Below, piece after piece: positions 17,283 through 26,609 of a DNA stretch of 62,956 nucleotides. Within the stretch, counting starts at the first letter, position 1. Every line of letters begins with the position of its first letter. This stretch comes from an uncultured Desulfurococcaceae archaeon (lineage in GTDB: Archaea > Thermoproteota > Thermoprotei_A > Sulfolobales > NBVN01). The DNA lies in NCBI GenBank assembly GCA_964636755.1, contig CAZWSU010000066.1, positions 1-62,956 on the forward strand, in the 5' to 3' direction. Under the pieces are notes generated by a model, which was not told where the DNA came from, searched no databases, and saw only the letters and a list, made by a program, of their open reading frames with translations. The translations under genes were made by a program, and so were the position numbers.

Positions 17283-17938
17283 AGCTCGAGGACGTGTGGT
17301 TTAGGTATCTGAGTAGGGGGAGGTGGGTCCTTAAAGGAGTGTCCTTAAGCGTCGAGAATAACGAGTTACTCGTGATTACAGGACCTAACGGTAGCGGGAA
17401 GACAACCCTACTCAAGATCATCTCCTTAATTTACGAGCCGTTAAAAGGTGACGTATTAGTAGACCAGAAGAAATTCTGGGAGTTAAGTAATTCTGAAAAA
17501 ACCTTGATACGCAGGAAGATTACATACGTGCACGAGAAACCGGTTCTCTTGAAGGGCTCCGTACTCTATAACGTTGCTTACGGACTCATCCTTAGAGGGT
17601 ACGAAGAAGAGGAAGCGTTCAAGAGATCGGAGGAAATACTTAAAGAGTTAGGTTTAGAAACTCGCGCGTCAGTAAACGCGCAAGAGTTATCAATAGGTGA
17701 GGCGCAATTAGTAGCTCTAGCACGCGCACTCCTTTTGAACCCTGAGATACTAGTCTTGGACGAGCCCTTCGCACACCTAGACGCGAGGAAGAGAGAAATA
17801 TTAATTAATCTTCTTAAAGAGAAGCACAAGAAAGGGGTTGGCATGGTAATATCCTCTCATCAATCAGATTACTTGAAAAATCTTAACGTTTCTAAAACCA
17901 TAAATTTAGAGGACGGGAAGGTCGTGCAAGCATATTGA
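17270..17938 (+). CDS. tupC: Tungstate ABC transporter ATP-binding protein TupC
   Basis: Walker A GPNGSGKTT, signature LSIGEAQLVALARAL, Walker B ILVLDEPFAHLD. Confidence 0.85.
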   Translation: MVRVELEDVWFRYLSRGRWVLKGVSLSVENNELLVITGPNGSGKTTLLKIISLIYEPLKGDVLVDQKKFWELSNSEKTLIRRKITYVHEKPVLLKGSVLYNVAYGLILRGYEEEEAFKRSEEILKELGLETRASVNAQELSIGEAQLVALARALLLNPEILVLDEPFAHLDARKREILINLLKEKHKKGVGMVISSHQSDYLKNLNVSKTINLEDGKVVQAY

Positions 17939-17994
17939 GATTACCTTAACTAAAACTCAATCATTCTTGGGGATTTGGGTGGGGAGCGGCCTTC

Positions 17995-19725
17995 CTAAGA
18001 CTTAATCATTTCTTTAAGTCTCTTATTTATCTCACTTGGCTGAAGTATTTTAGTTAAGTGTGTTACCGTATACCCACTCGTTCTTAGCTTATGGGTTAAG
18101 TAGAGATACTTGACGGTGTGTGCTCTAGGATGCACTATTACGAAACTAGAGTTTTTAGGCAAGCCCTGCCTCTCTAATTCCTCAATTAGTGACTCGGATA
18201 AAACCCTATAGTACCTGTCTATAGATCCTAACGGCTCGTTAGCTACTCTAAGCTCTTCTATTAGGCTCAGCGACCCTTTCCTAACCCAGCTCTCGTAATT
18301 AAACCTTGACTCAATGTCCTCACTACTTATTATGAAATCCAACGCTTTTAGGACGTCGAGTATACCCCCCTTAACTAAGTATATCTTACCGTTAGGTAGC
18401 TTAAGGTAGAGGATTTTCACGTATTTTTCCATTAAGAGAGCGCTGTACGTGGCTTGTATCAAGTTATCTAATTCTACAGGGTTGGACGCGTCCCAGTCAG
18501 CAATGACTAGACTGGACCTCCCGCCACCCCCCTCACCGCTACGGGTGTAGACCTTAACAGCTAACTCGCCGGTACTCACGCTCTTCTTCCAGTGTATGCT
18601 CCTCGGGTGATCACCCGGGTAATACTCTCTAACACCTACGTAATCACCTAAGAAAGTCTTAGAAGTCTGAAGCTCTATGAATTCAAGCACTTTAGCTGGA
18701 ACCGTCCACCTAAACCTATATTTAATCAGGTCTCCGTAAAGTGTTGAAACCCCTGAACCAAACCCTTGACCACCGCTCACGCCCCCCTCACCCACAGCGC
18801 CTCCTGTGAGACCCGCGCTAGGCCCCGCACCACTCACGCCTACGTATCCACTAGCTGACTCACCCCCCAAACCACCCTTAAGCACCGGAACCCGTGGCGA
18901 GATAGCGACTTCGAGTTTGCCGAGATATATGATCGGGGACTTAACAAGCTCTACATACCTATTCAGAATCTCCCTAACACTCCTAACTAAAGTCAGGGAT
19001 TTAGGTACTGTCTTAACTCTGATTGAGTAAGGACCATGCGTAACTCGGGAAAACCCTCTTAAGTCACTTAAGACTACTTTGATTAAGTGCCTCCTAACCC
19101 CGGCTATGTTCGATGATAACTTAATAGTTAAGTGTTTAGAGCCCCTTAAGAACCCCCCTGCGGTAACGTTATCGTCTAGTAAGACCTTATAATACACTTC
19201 ATGCCCGGACTCTATACTTAAAGGAACCTCGACGTAATCGCCCAAATATGCTGAGAACGTTGCCCTGTGTAAGACGACGCGAGACTTAGAGATGCGAACG
19301 TAAGATATGAAGGTCACGACAAGTATGCCGGCTAAATATGAAGTAGCTGTAATTAAGGTTAGCGTTCTCAGTAAGTAAAGCGGGGTGAAAACTAAGGTCA
19401 CGGAAGCTAGCTTGAGAGATAGGTGCGTGTCTGAAGGGGTGTGTGACGCGTCATCGTAAGAGTATGGAAGTAGGAAAGACAGGATAACACTAAGTAGGGT
19501 GGATAATTGTGTGAGGCCTGATGAAAGCAAACACCAGGAAAAAACCGTGAGAAGTCTTGGCATACCCTGCAAGTAGAGGTAGAGAGCCGCGGCAACAACG
19601 CTGTAGAGCATGTGAATAGGGTTGCTCAAGACTAGAGAGTTATAGAAACCGGTAAGCACGATAAGCGGCGAAACCACTAAGTAAGCAGCCCTACCTTTCC
19701 TTAAATACATAATAAGCCACCACAC
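17995..19725 (-). CDS. Polytopic membrane protein with C-terminal DUF58 (vWA-like) domain; MoxR partner
   Basis: N-terminal ~150 aa of TM helices, a beta-rich middle domain, a Gly-rich linker, then the DUF58 signature FLGDYVGVREYYPGDHPRSIHWKKS. It is the last gene of the MoxR operon. Confidence 0.8.
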   Translation of the reverse strand: MWWLIMYLRKGRAAYLVVSPLIVLTGFYNSLVLSNPIHMLYSVVAAALYLYLQGMPRLLTVFSWCLLSSGLTQLSTLLSVILSFLLPYSYDDASHTPSDTHLSLKLASVTLVFTPLYLLRTLTLITATSYLAGILVVTFISYVRISKSRVVLHRATFSAYLGDYVEVPLSIESGHEVYYKVLLDDNVTAGGFLRGSKHLTIKLSSNIAGVRRHLIKVVLSDLRGFSRVTHGPYSIRVKTVPKSLTLVRSVREILNRYVELVKSPIIYLGKLEVAISPRVPVLKGGLGGESASGYVGVSGAGPSAGLTGGAVGEGGVSGGQGFGSGVSTLYGDLIKYRFRWTVPAKVLEFIELQTSKTFLGDYVGVREYYPGDHPRSIHWKKSVSTGELAVKVYTRSGEGGGGRSSLVIADWDASNPVELDNLIQATYSALLMEKYVKILYLKLPNGKIYLVKGGILDVLKALDFIISSEDIESRFNYESWVRKGSLSLIEELRVANEPLGSIDRYYRVLSESLIEELERQGLPKNSSFVIVHPRAHTVKYLYLTHKLRTSGYTVTHLTKILQPSEINKRLKEMIKS

Positions 19726-20530
19726 ATAGCAGGGAAACTAATAAAATAAGTGCTGGGTAAGTAACTTCATATGTGGTAGTTACTAGCCTCAAATACTCGA
19801 TGAAGTCTTTCTTAACCCACGATTGATCAATAACTAATCCCCTATCACTTACGAGGCAATCAATGAAGTCTTTATTAGCCTCAAATAACTCGTTCGTAAA
19901 AACCTGGGGGGAGAAAACAAGGATTAAACGACCCCCGCCATAACTAAGTGAGATCCCTAAAGGAAACGAGCCTAACGGCTCCTCAATATCCATGTAGCCG
20001 TTACCGTTTAAATCAACATAGGAGAAGTTACTGGAATACGCTACCACGTCAGTGTTCTTATCTGTTACGACATAATACGGCGTGTAGGTAGTGAGAGTAC
20101 AATTACAATGGTTTGAGAAGCCTAGCGGGTGAAACCTGTCACCTCCATTATAAATCATGTCGTAAATAACACTACTCGTAACAGTTAAGTTAAGTTTCGC
20201 GTAATGACTTAAGCTCTCAATAGCCCCCCAACCCCCAGAGAATATCACATATCCCCCCTCATTAACCAACCTCAAGATGATCTCTGCCTCACTTGACGTA
20301 ACGTTATCTAAGCGAATGATTAAATACACCGTGTCTCGAGGGCTTATATCACGTAACGTGCTCAGGTCCGTGATCACGAGAGCTTCGTAAGACTCTCTGA
20401 GTTTCGAGATACCGTTATCCCCATAATTAACAACGCTGTAGCTGGTTGTTGAGGGGAGTGTGAACATGATTACCAGCCCCACCATAACCCCTATCAACAA
20501 GCTGACCAAGAGTAGATTACTCACCTTCAT
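19691..20530 (-). CDS. Bitopic envelope protein, DUF4350-like
   Basis: N-terminal TM, then EAEIILRLVNEGGYVIFSGG and SYGGGRLILVFSPQVFTNELFEANKDFIDCLV, which match my recollection of DUF4350. C-terminal TM plus KER. Confidence 0.5.
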   Translation of the reverse strand: MKVSNLLLVSLLIGVMVGLVIMFTLPSTTSYSVVNYGDNGISKLRESYEALVITDLSTLRDISPRDTVYLIIRLDNVTSSEAEIILRLVNEGGYVIFSGGWGAIESLSHYAKLNLTVTSSVIYDMIYNGGDRFHPLGFSNHCNCTLTTYTPYYVVTDKNTDVVAYSSNFSYVDLNGNGYMDIEEPLGSFPLGISLSYGGGRLILVFSPQVFTNELFEANKDFIDCLVSDRGLVIDQSWVKKDFIEYLRLVTTTYEVTYPALILLVSLLCVVAYYVFKER

Positions 20531-22301
20531 GTCTCGTAACCTCCTCAGCTAACTCCACTGCCTCACGATAATCTTGCTTCTTACTAGAGTACAAATCCTT
20601 CTCAGTTATTATCAGTAATTTCCAGAGGGTGTTTCTGAGGAAACCGCTTAAGCCCGCTCTACTGAAATGCTCTCTGAGAGTCTCAGTAACCTTAGGTAAC
20701 GGGATTCCTAGCTTCCTCAGTGTTGCGTAGTAAAGCTCGGCGATCCTCGAGCTTATGGGGTAGGGTGACTTAAGATAAGAACTTACTTCCCGCACCACCC
20801 TCTTTACGGAGGTCTTGCCACCCACTACGTTACCTTTAATGAATATCATGAAGCTTCTCTCCTTATTAGAGACAAGGACTATTAAGAATATTGAGACTAA
20901 ACCCGTCAATAAGGCGGTGACGGGATTGACTACGAAGACCTGTCGTTGGTAGAGGTATGGCTCCTTCAAGTGTTGAGTAGGCTCTACCACTACGTTCAGG
21001 TTCGTAAGAAATGCTGGGAAGAATCCTACGAAAACTCTCGCAACTAAGACGTCGCTTAATGTGTACTCCCCCCTCAGCGCGCCACCAGCGTACACCTTAA
21101 CGCTTAACTGGCTTTCTTCAGGGTCATCGTTAATTAAGAGTATTGTTAAGAAGCCGTCGCCGGTGAAGAAGATCTCAGGAAATACTATTCTTACTTTAGG
21201 TATTCTGGGCAAGACCATGACAGGCTTAGTGATCGTCAGTCCTGCAGAGTCTTGAGTAGGGTGTACGGAAACCTTCAAGAGGCTGACACCAACAGTTAAA
21301 TCAAACGATGAGGTGTTGACGTAGTAGCGTGTTAAGCCGGGAACCAAACTCAAGTAGCCAACCAGTACGTCGCCGAACTCCACAGTAGCGTTATAGTAGT
21401 TGTCCGAGTATAAGTTCAGCTCAATAGAATCCCCCCTATATATGCTTGCAGGACATTCAACCCATACCTTAGGAACTCTATAAACAACTTTAAGTATTTT
21501 ATAATTCACGTAGTTCTCGCTGCTTGAAGTGTTGCGTGCCGCGATGATCAACACGAAAACTCCCTCTGGCCTAGTAGGAGTTTTAACGAATTCAGCGCTT
21601 GGGGTTCTCAGAAAGCCTACATACTTACCCCCACCTAATGACGTGATATTAGCGTATTCAATGAATCTTAGGTCAGGCCACGTGTAAAGGGAGGCACTAC
21701 TCAACGTTAGGGTGGGGTCCCCTAACGTCACCTCAAATTCTACGGGTTCTTCTGGGGTGTAGACTTCTTTATCTAACCTTACGTCAATGAGTCCGTTTGA
21801 CATGAGATATTTCGAGAATATTATTTGAGTTAAGCTCGGGATCAACTCGTCACTAATTTTCTTAACGCTTAACGAGATACTCGTTCTCAAGCTATTGCTT
21901 AATCCTGGGTCGTGTGCGCACGCGGACAATCTATTTACGTACTGACTAATTACGTCAGGTAATTTAGAATGTAGCTCGGAAAGCTCACTCAACATTCTAT
22001 GAGCTTCCTCTTTGGTTAGGGCCTCATCAACGGTCCGTGCGGAGAGGTTATGATATCTTAGTAGTAGGTCGTAGGAGTTCTTATGTAAGTTGCCTATGTC
22101 GCCCGGTATTGAAGCGCTACCTATGGATTGAATCATTCGGTAAGCACTGGGTTCTCCTTCTACCACAGCTCTTAAAGATTTATCGAGAAGTATTAACAGG
22201 TTTGAGCAATCCACTAGCTCAGGTTCTGACGCACTTGTTAAATAAGGCGTGGATATCGCGATCAAGACAACTAAGAATAGCGTTAACCCACCTATTCTCA
22301 T
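20517..22301 (-). CDS. Secreted/anchored protein with cytoplasmic DUF4129-like C-terminal domain
   Basis: Signal peptide, ~440-aa extracytoplasmic region, one TM (ALLTGLVSIFLIVLV), then AELYYATLRKLGIPLPKVTETLREHF...DYREAVELAEEV, which resembles DUF4129. Confidence 0.5.
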   Translation of the reverse strand: MRIGGLTLFLVVLIAISTPYLTSASEPELVDCSNLLILLDKSLRAVVEGEPSAYRMIQSIGSASIPGDIGNLHKNSYDLLLRYHNLSARTVDEALTKEEAHRMLSELSELHSKLPDVISQYVNRLSACAHDPGLSNSLRTSISLSVKKISDELIPSLTQIIFSKYLMSNGLIDVRLDKEVYTPEEPVEFEVTLGDPTLTLSSASLYTWPDLRFIEYANITSLGGGKYVGFLRTPSAEFVKTPTRPEGVFVLIIAARNTSSSENYVNYKILKVVYRVPKVWVECPASIYRGDSIELNLYSDNYYNATVEFGDVLVGYLSLVPGLTRYYVNTSSFDLTVGVSLLKVSVHPTQDSAGLTITKPVMVLPRIPKVRIVFPEIFFTGDGFLTILLINDDPEESQLSVKVYAGGALRGEYTLSDVLVARVFVGFFPAFLTNLNVVVEPTQHLKEPYLYQRQVFVVNPVTALLTGLVSIFLIVLVSNKERSFMIFIKGNVVGGKTSVKRVVREVSSYLKSPYPISSRIAELYYATLRKLGIPLPKVTETLREHFSRAGLSGFLRNTLWKLLIITEKDLYSSKKQDYREAVELAEEVTRHEGE

Positions 22302-22552
22302 CTCATTAAAACCTCATACACTCTACTACCTACTAGGAAGGCAAAGATAGAGAGTAGTAACGCGTGGATTAATCTCACCATCGTAGCTGACTTAGTTGAC
22401 GGTCTTGCAAGAGAGTAACTCACGTAGAAAGAGAGTATGTTGAGGGCTACGTACGCGTCAATCCTAGACTCGCTCAAGAGTAGCAAAGAAATATTGAAAG
22501 CTGATGAGAGCGCTACGTAAAGTAACACAAACCTCTCGGTAACCCCAACCAC
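22298..22552 (-). CDS. Small membrane protein (84 aa, ~3 TM)
   Basis: Hydrophobic ORF with a 4-nt stop/start overlap with the downstream gene, abutting the upstream gene. Confidence 0.5.
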   Translation of the reverse strand: MVGVTERFVLLYVALSSAFNISLLLLSESRIDAYVALNILSFYVSYSLARPSTKSATMVRLIHALLLSIFAFLVGSRVYEVLMR

Positions 22553-23245
22553 CTACTCAATCACCTCGAAAACGTAGTAAACCCCGCTCACAGTGTTTCC
22601 CGAATCACTAAGTTTTAAGTCCTTACCTATCAGTCTAGCAGTAGCTACGGCTGCTAAAGTCTTGAGAGGATCTAACGGCATCTTCTCAAACCTCTTTAAG
22701 ACCTTATTCACGTTTATTAAATCAACTCTGATAAGCTTTTCAGATAATTTAACGGCCACCCTACCGCACAAGCCTAGAGTGTCTACAAGAATTGAATTCA
22801 AGTTAGTCTCAACAACCTTCTCAGTAACCTCATTGACTTGAGTAACTTCCTCAAGAACGTTTTCTGCGGGTATTGCTAGGTAAGGTTCACCAAACTTAAC
22901 ACCTAGTCCCGGAATGACTGCTTCTGGCTTACCTCTCTTAAGCATGACTAACCTTAACTCGTTATCTACCCGCGCCACGTAGAAGTCTGACTCCAGGAGA
23001 TCTATGTTTTCTATGACGCTTGTTAAGGCGTTGTTAGTTAAGCTCAGGTACTCTATGAGGGAATTAATAACTGATTCCGAGACAGCGAAACTAAGCATTA
23101 ATAAGACGAGTCCTGTAAGAATAGACGACAAGGAAACACCTATTAAGGAAGGTTCTTGATTTACCACACCATATAATAAGATTAGGGAAGAGACCACGAG
23201 AATATTAGAACTCAAGATAAGTAGTGACTTACTCAAGCAAACCAC
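22553..23245 (-). CDS. Membrane-anchored protein of unknown function (2 N-terminal TM plus ~150-aa soluble domain)
   Basis: 230-aa ORF inside the MoxR operon. I recognised no motif. Confidence 0.5.
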   Translation of the reverse strand: MVCLSKSLLILSSNILVVSSLILLYGVVNQEPSLIGVSLSSILTGLVLLMLSFAVSESVINSLIEYLSLTNNALTSVIENIDLLESDFYVARVDNELRLVMLKRGKPEAVIPGLGVKFGEPYLAIPAENVLEEVTQVNEVTEKVVETNLNSILVDTLGLCGRVAVKLSEKLIRVDLINVNKVLKRFEKMPLDPLKTLAAVATARLIGKDLKLSDSGNTVSGVYYVFEVIE

Positions 23246-23889
23246 CTCACTACCAAAGGCTTTATGAGTATGTCCAGGTTAATCATGTAAGGAGTTTTAT
23301 TCTTATTTCTCTCATGGAACACCGCCTTAATTAAGAATAAGAAGAGATTACAGCAGAGAACGTAAGCGTTGACGTATAGTGCCGGACTCAAATATATTGT
23401 GAGAAAGCATGGGAAAATAAAGTATTTTAAGACAGTATTCAGGGAATATCGCTCCCTAAACAGCCTGTAAACGATGACATCCACAATAGAAGCTAGTGAG
23501 TACCTAACAGGAGTGGCTAAACCAACCCAAACACCTAGTAAGGCGCTAGCTAGCAAAACAACGGGTGTAGCGTTATTGAACACGTCCCTAACACTCAGGT
23601 AATCCCAGTAAGAACTCAGTAACGCGAGTACAGCAACCAGCAAAACCAAATCAACTAGGTAGTCCGGCAACCCTAAAATCTTGAAGACCGAGTATAATAA
23701 CGCGATAGTGACGTACATGAGGGGAACTAAGGTTGGCTTAACACCCTTGTAAACACCGTATAAGAACACGTTGTACGTAGCTATGAGTAGGAAGAAGAGC
23801 GCGGCCGCGTTAAGCAGGCTCGTACCAGCAACTACTGAGAACAGATTCACTGTAGAGGAGATTAAGTATGTTGTGAGTTCCAATAGCAT
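23233..23889 (-). CDS. Polytopic membrane protein of unknown function (~6-7 TM)
   Basis: 218-aa hydrophobic ORF, 10 nt downstream of moxR and overlapping the next gene by 13 nt. Confidence 0.5.
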   Translation of the reverse strand: MLLELTTYLISSTVNLFSVVAGTSLLNAAALFFLLIATYNVFLYGVYKGVKPTLVPLMYVTIALLYSVFKILGLPDYLVDLVLLVAVLALLSSYWDYLSVRDVFNNATPVVLLASALLGVWVGLATPVRYSLASIVDVIVYRLFRERYSLNTVLKYFIFPCFLTIYLSPALYVNAYVLCCNLFLFLIKAVFHERNKNKTPYMINLDILIKPLVVRWFA

Positions 23890-23899
23890 GATTCATCAA

Positions 23900-24859
23900 C
23901 TATTTAGGTACGGGCACCTTATTGAGTGCTTCCTCAACTAAAGACTCGGGGGTGATTCCCTCGGCTTCATACTCGTCCTTAACCCTAATCTTATGAGCTA
24001 TTACGGGAACCGCCAAGCTCTTCACATCATCCGGTATGACGTAGTCCCTCCCATCCATTAAGGCGTACGCCCTACTAATTATCGCTAAGTGTATTGAAGC
24101 TCTATGAGAAGGTCCGTAAAGAACTGCTTCATGATTCCTTAAATACGTCACCAACCTAACTATGTAGTCGCTTATCGCGTCACTAACGTGAACTAACTCA
24201 TTAATCCTGTTACTTATGTTGAACACAACGTCCGGCGTGGTTACCGGACTCACCGGCGGGTCCACGACCATGGTAGATCTCCTAACGATCTCTACCTCGT
24301 CATCAGGAGGGTTGTAATAGCTTGGAACCCTAACAGCGAATCTGTCCGCAAGGGTTTCCATAATCTGATACGCGCCGGCAGCTATCTTAGGAGAAACCTC
24401 AGTGGCTACAACCATGAAAGGCTTGGGGAGGGAGTAAGGTACGCCGTCTATAGTCACTCTATACTCTTGCATCGCTTCAAGAAGAGCTGCTTGAGATCTA
24501 GTAGGGACTCTGTTAAGCTCGTCAATCATTAATATGTTAGTGAATACCGGGCCCTTAACGAACTCCTTACTCCCGTCCAGCCTATACACGTGGAATCCCA
24601 AGATATCCGTAGGCAGTATGTCTGGATGTCCCTGAACCCTCCTAAATTCCCCTCTGATCACCTTAGAGAGGGATTTGGCTAACAGAGTCTTACCTGTCCC
24701 AGGATAGCCTTCTATCAGTAAGTGACCACCGCTAAACAAAGTGGTCACGGCTAGTTTAACGACCTCAACCTTTCCTACGTAAACCCTCCTCAACTCCTCC
24801 ACAGCATCTCTTAAGACCTGCCCTGCTTCCTCTAACTCCACTTCACGTCCCTCAGTCAC
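23900..24859 (-). CDS. moxR: MoxR-family AAA+ ATPase
   Basis: Walker A GYPGTGKTLLAKSL, Walker B ILMIDELNRVP, and QAALLEAMQEYRVTIDG. 319 aa, typical MoxR size. Confidence 0.92.
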   Translation of the reverse strand: MTEGREVELEEAGQVLRDAVEELRRVYVGKVEVVKLAVTTLFSGGHLLIEGYPGTGKTLLAKSLSKVIRGEFRRVQGHPDILPTDILGFHVYRLDGSKEFVKGPVFTNILMIDELNRVPTRSQAALLEAMQEYRVTIDGVPYSLPKPFMVVATEVSPKIAAGAYQIMETLADRFAVRVPSYYNPPDDEVEIVRRSTMVVDPPVSPVTTPDVVFNISNRINELVHVSDAISDYIVRLVTYLRNHEAVLYGPSHRASIHLAIISRAYALMDGRDYVIPDDVKSLAVPVIAHKIRVKDEYEAEGITPESLVEEALNKVPVPK

Positions 24860-26550
24860 AACCTAATAAACTTAAGGGCTTTCCGTATAAAAATAATTGA
24901 GTTCGGAAGCCAAATCACTATTAAGTAAGCGGTTAAGAACAACGCTAGCGCTTGCGACGTTAGTATAGACCAGTAGAGAACATCCTCAAGAGCTCGGGTC
25001 GAGCCCCCGCTGGCCGAGACCCCCAGAAGCCCTTCCTCAACCTCCTTAATAACTGGGTCAATGCTCGCCTCCCTAGACAACCTCATTAAGGATACCCTAA
25101 CGTATGCTACGACTTTTTCCTCAGGCGCTTTAGTAATGACGGGTATCAAGACGTATCCTAAGACCCCTCTAACCCCCTCTTTCTCAATCTCTATGAAATA
25201 CAGCCTAGTCCCGTTAACTAACTTACTCCAAGAATTAAACACCTCATATCCCTGCAACGTCAAGCATAACTGCCATGTGTGGAGCCTGCCAGGAGTCTCA
25301 ACAACCTCAACATACCCAGTGTAACTCTTGTTTCCTACGACCAAGACATCGTAAACGCTGAAAGCGCCTAGAACCCTAGTTAAGTAGCTGTTATAGGAGT
25401 AGCGAACAAGTCTTAAGTTCTTGCTAGCGTTGAACACATACTTAGGAGGGTAACTCATGAAATCACTTAACTCAGCTAGGTCAACGAATATGCCGTTACC
25501 TAATGAGGAAGTTTCGTGACTAACGATTATCTGAGATAATGTTATGGTGTAAGCAGAAAAGAACACTAGTATGACTACGAAAACCCCGGCTACATACCCC
25601 CACTCAACGTTAACTCTCCTCAGCAAAGGTCTCGGAGTAACGTATCTTAATCCAGCGTATTTGTCTGCTATTATGAAAGCCGTGAGAACTGAAATAGCTG
25701 AGTAAATCGCTGAAGGTAGGTGGTGGAAAAGTCCCATACCCGCTTCGAGGCCGTAACTAGTGCTAGCCAGCACAACCAACGTAACCCTAATCAAATTACC
25801 TAAGAAACCTATGAGGGTAGCTAATGAAAGAGAAGCTAAAATACCTGCTAACTTCCTCCTCATACCGTACGGGCTGAAAACAGCTAAGTACACTATAACT
25901 GGGACCACAGCAAGAACTGAGGACATAGTGACTATCCCGGTACACGCGACTTCCACGTCAAACATCGCCGACCCTGAAGGAGTTTCTATCATTAATCGAG
26001 TGTAAGCCGGGCTCTCAAGGAGGGTTGCTCCAGTCAATAACGCCGCTAACCTACCAACAAGTCTTGAAAGATAAGGGGTTATGAAGTCTATGAAGGAGGT
26101 TGGCAGGGGAACTATAAGGAATAGGGAGAGCAACGGTATTAAGTCTTTCAGGGTTGCCGGACTATAGACTAATATGATTAGAGACAACATAATAAGCACT
26201 AAACTAATGCTCCCGTACTGAATCGAGTGCTCCGCGTCAAAAAGCCTTGAAATATAGAAGACCAAACTCAAGCTAGCTAGCAAGGCTGAAGCCAGAACCT
26301 TGCTGACCCTCACCTCGTAAGACAAGCCTAAATTCCTGAGTAGGTAGTAGAAGAGAACCACTACAGAGAATAACACCACTATCAAGTAACTATACTCTTC
26401 TACCAACGCTAACCTTATGTAGTCTTCGAGAACGCCTCTGTAAAGAGACTCAAAAAGAAAAACCATGATGCCTGTAAGGATTGTGAACCCGGCTACAACG
26501 ACCCTTCTATAATCTTGTAACTCGCTCACGTACATGTACATCCTACCCAC
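24856..26550 (-). CDS. Exosortase/archaeosortase-family transpeptidase fused to an EpsI-like extracytoplasmic domain and a terminal TM
   Basis: ~8 TM N-terminal half carries the family's three signature residues in context: Cys203 (DVEVACTGIV; codon TGT at 25942-25944 on the minus strand), Arg255 (GNLIRV) and His276/277 (GLFHHLP). The C-terminal ~200 aa contain HTWQLCLTLQGYEV, which resembles the EpsI motif H-[ST]-P-x-x-C-L-x-x-x-G-W. Confidence 0.7.
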   Translation of the reverse strand: MGRMYMYVSELQDYRRVVVAGFTILTGIMVFLFESLYRGVLEDYIRLALVEEYSYLIVVLFSVVVLFYYLLRNLGLSYEVRVSKVLASALLASLSLVFYISRLFDAEHSIQYGSISLVLIMLSLIILVYSPATLKDLIPLLSLFLIVPLPTSFIDFITPYLSRLVGRLAALLTGATLLESPAYTRLMIETPSGSAMFDVEVACTGIVTMSSVLAVVPVIVYLAVFSPYGMRRKLAGILASLSLATLIGFLGNLIRVTLVVLASTSYGLEAGMGLFHHLPSAIYSAISVLTAFIIADKYAGLRYVTPRPLLRRVNVEWGYVAGVFVVILVFFSAYTITLSQIIVSHETSSLGNGIFVDLAELSDFMSYPPKYVFNASKNLRLVRYSYNSYLTRVLGAFSVYDVLVVGNKSYTGYVEVVETPGRLHTWQLCLTLQGYEVFNSWSKLVNGTRLYFIEIEKEGVRGVLGYVLIPVITKAPEEKVVAYVRVSLMRLSREASIDPVIKEVEEGLLGVSASGGSTRALEDVLYWSILTSQALALFLTAYLIVIWLPNSIIFIRKALKFIRL

Positions 26551-26609
26551 GATTTACTAGAGATATCAAGCCAAAATAAAGTAGTGATTCTAACCTCCTT
26601 GAAGGCCGC

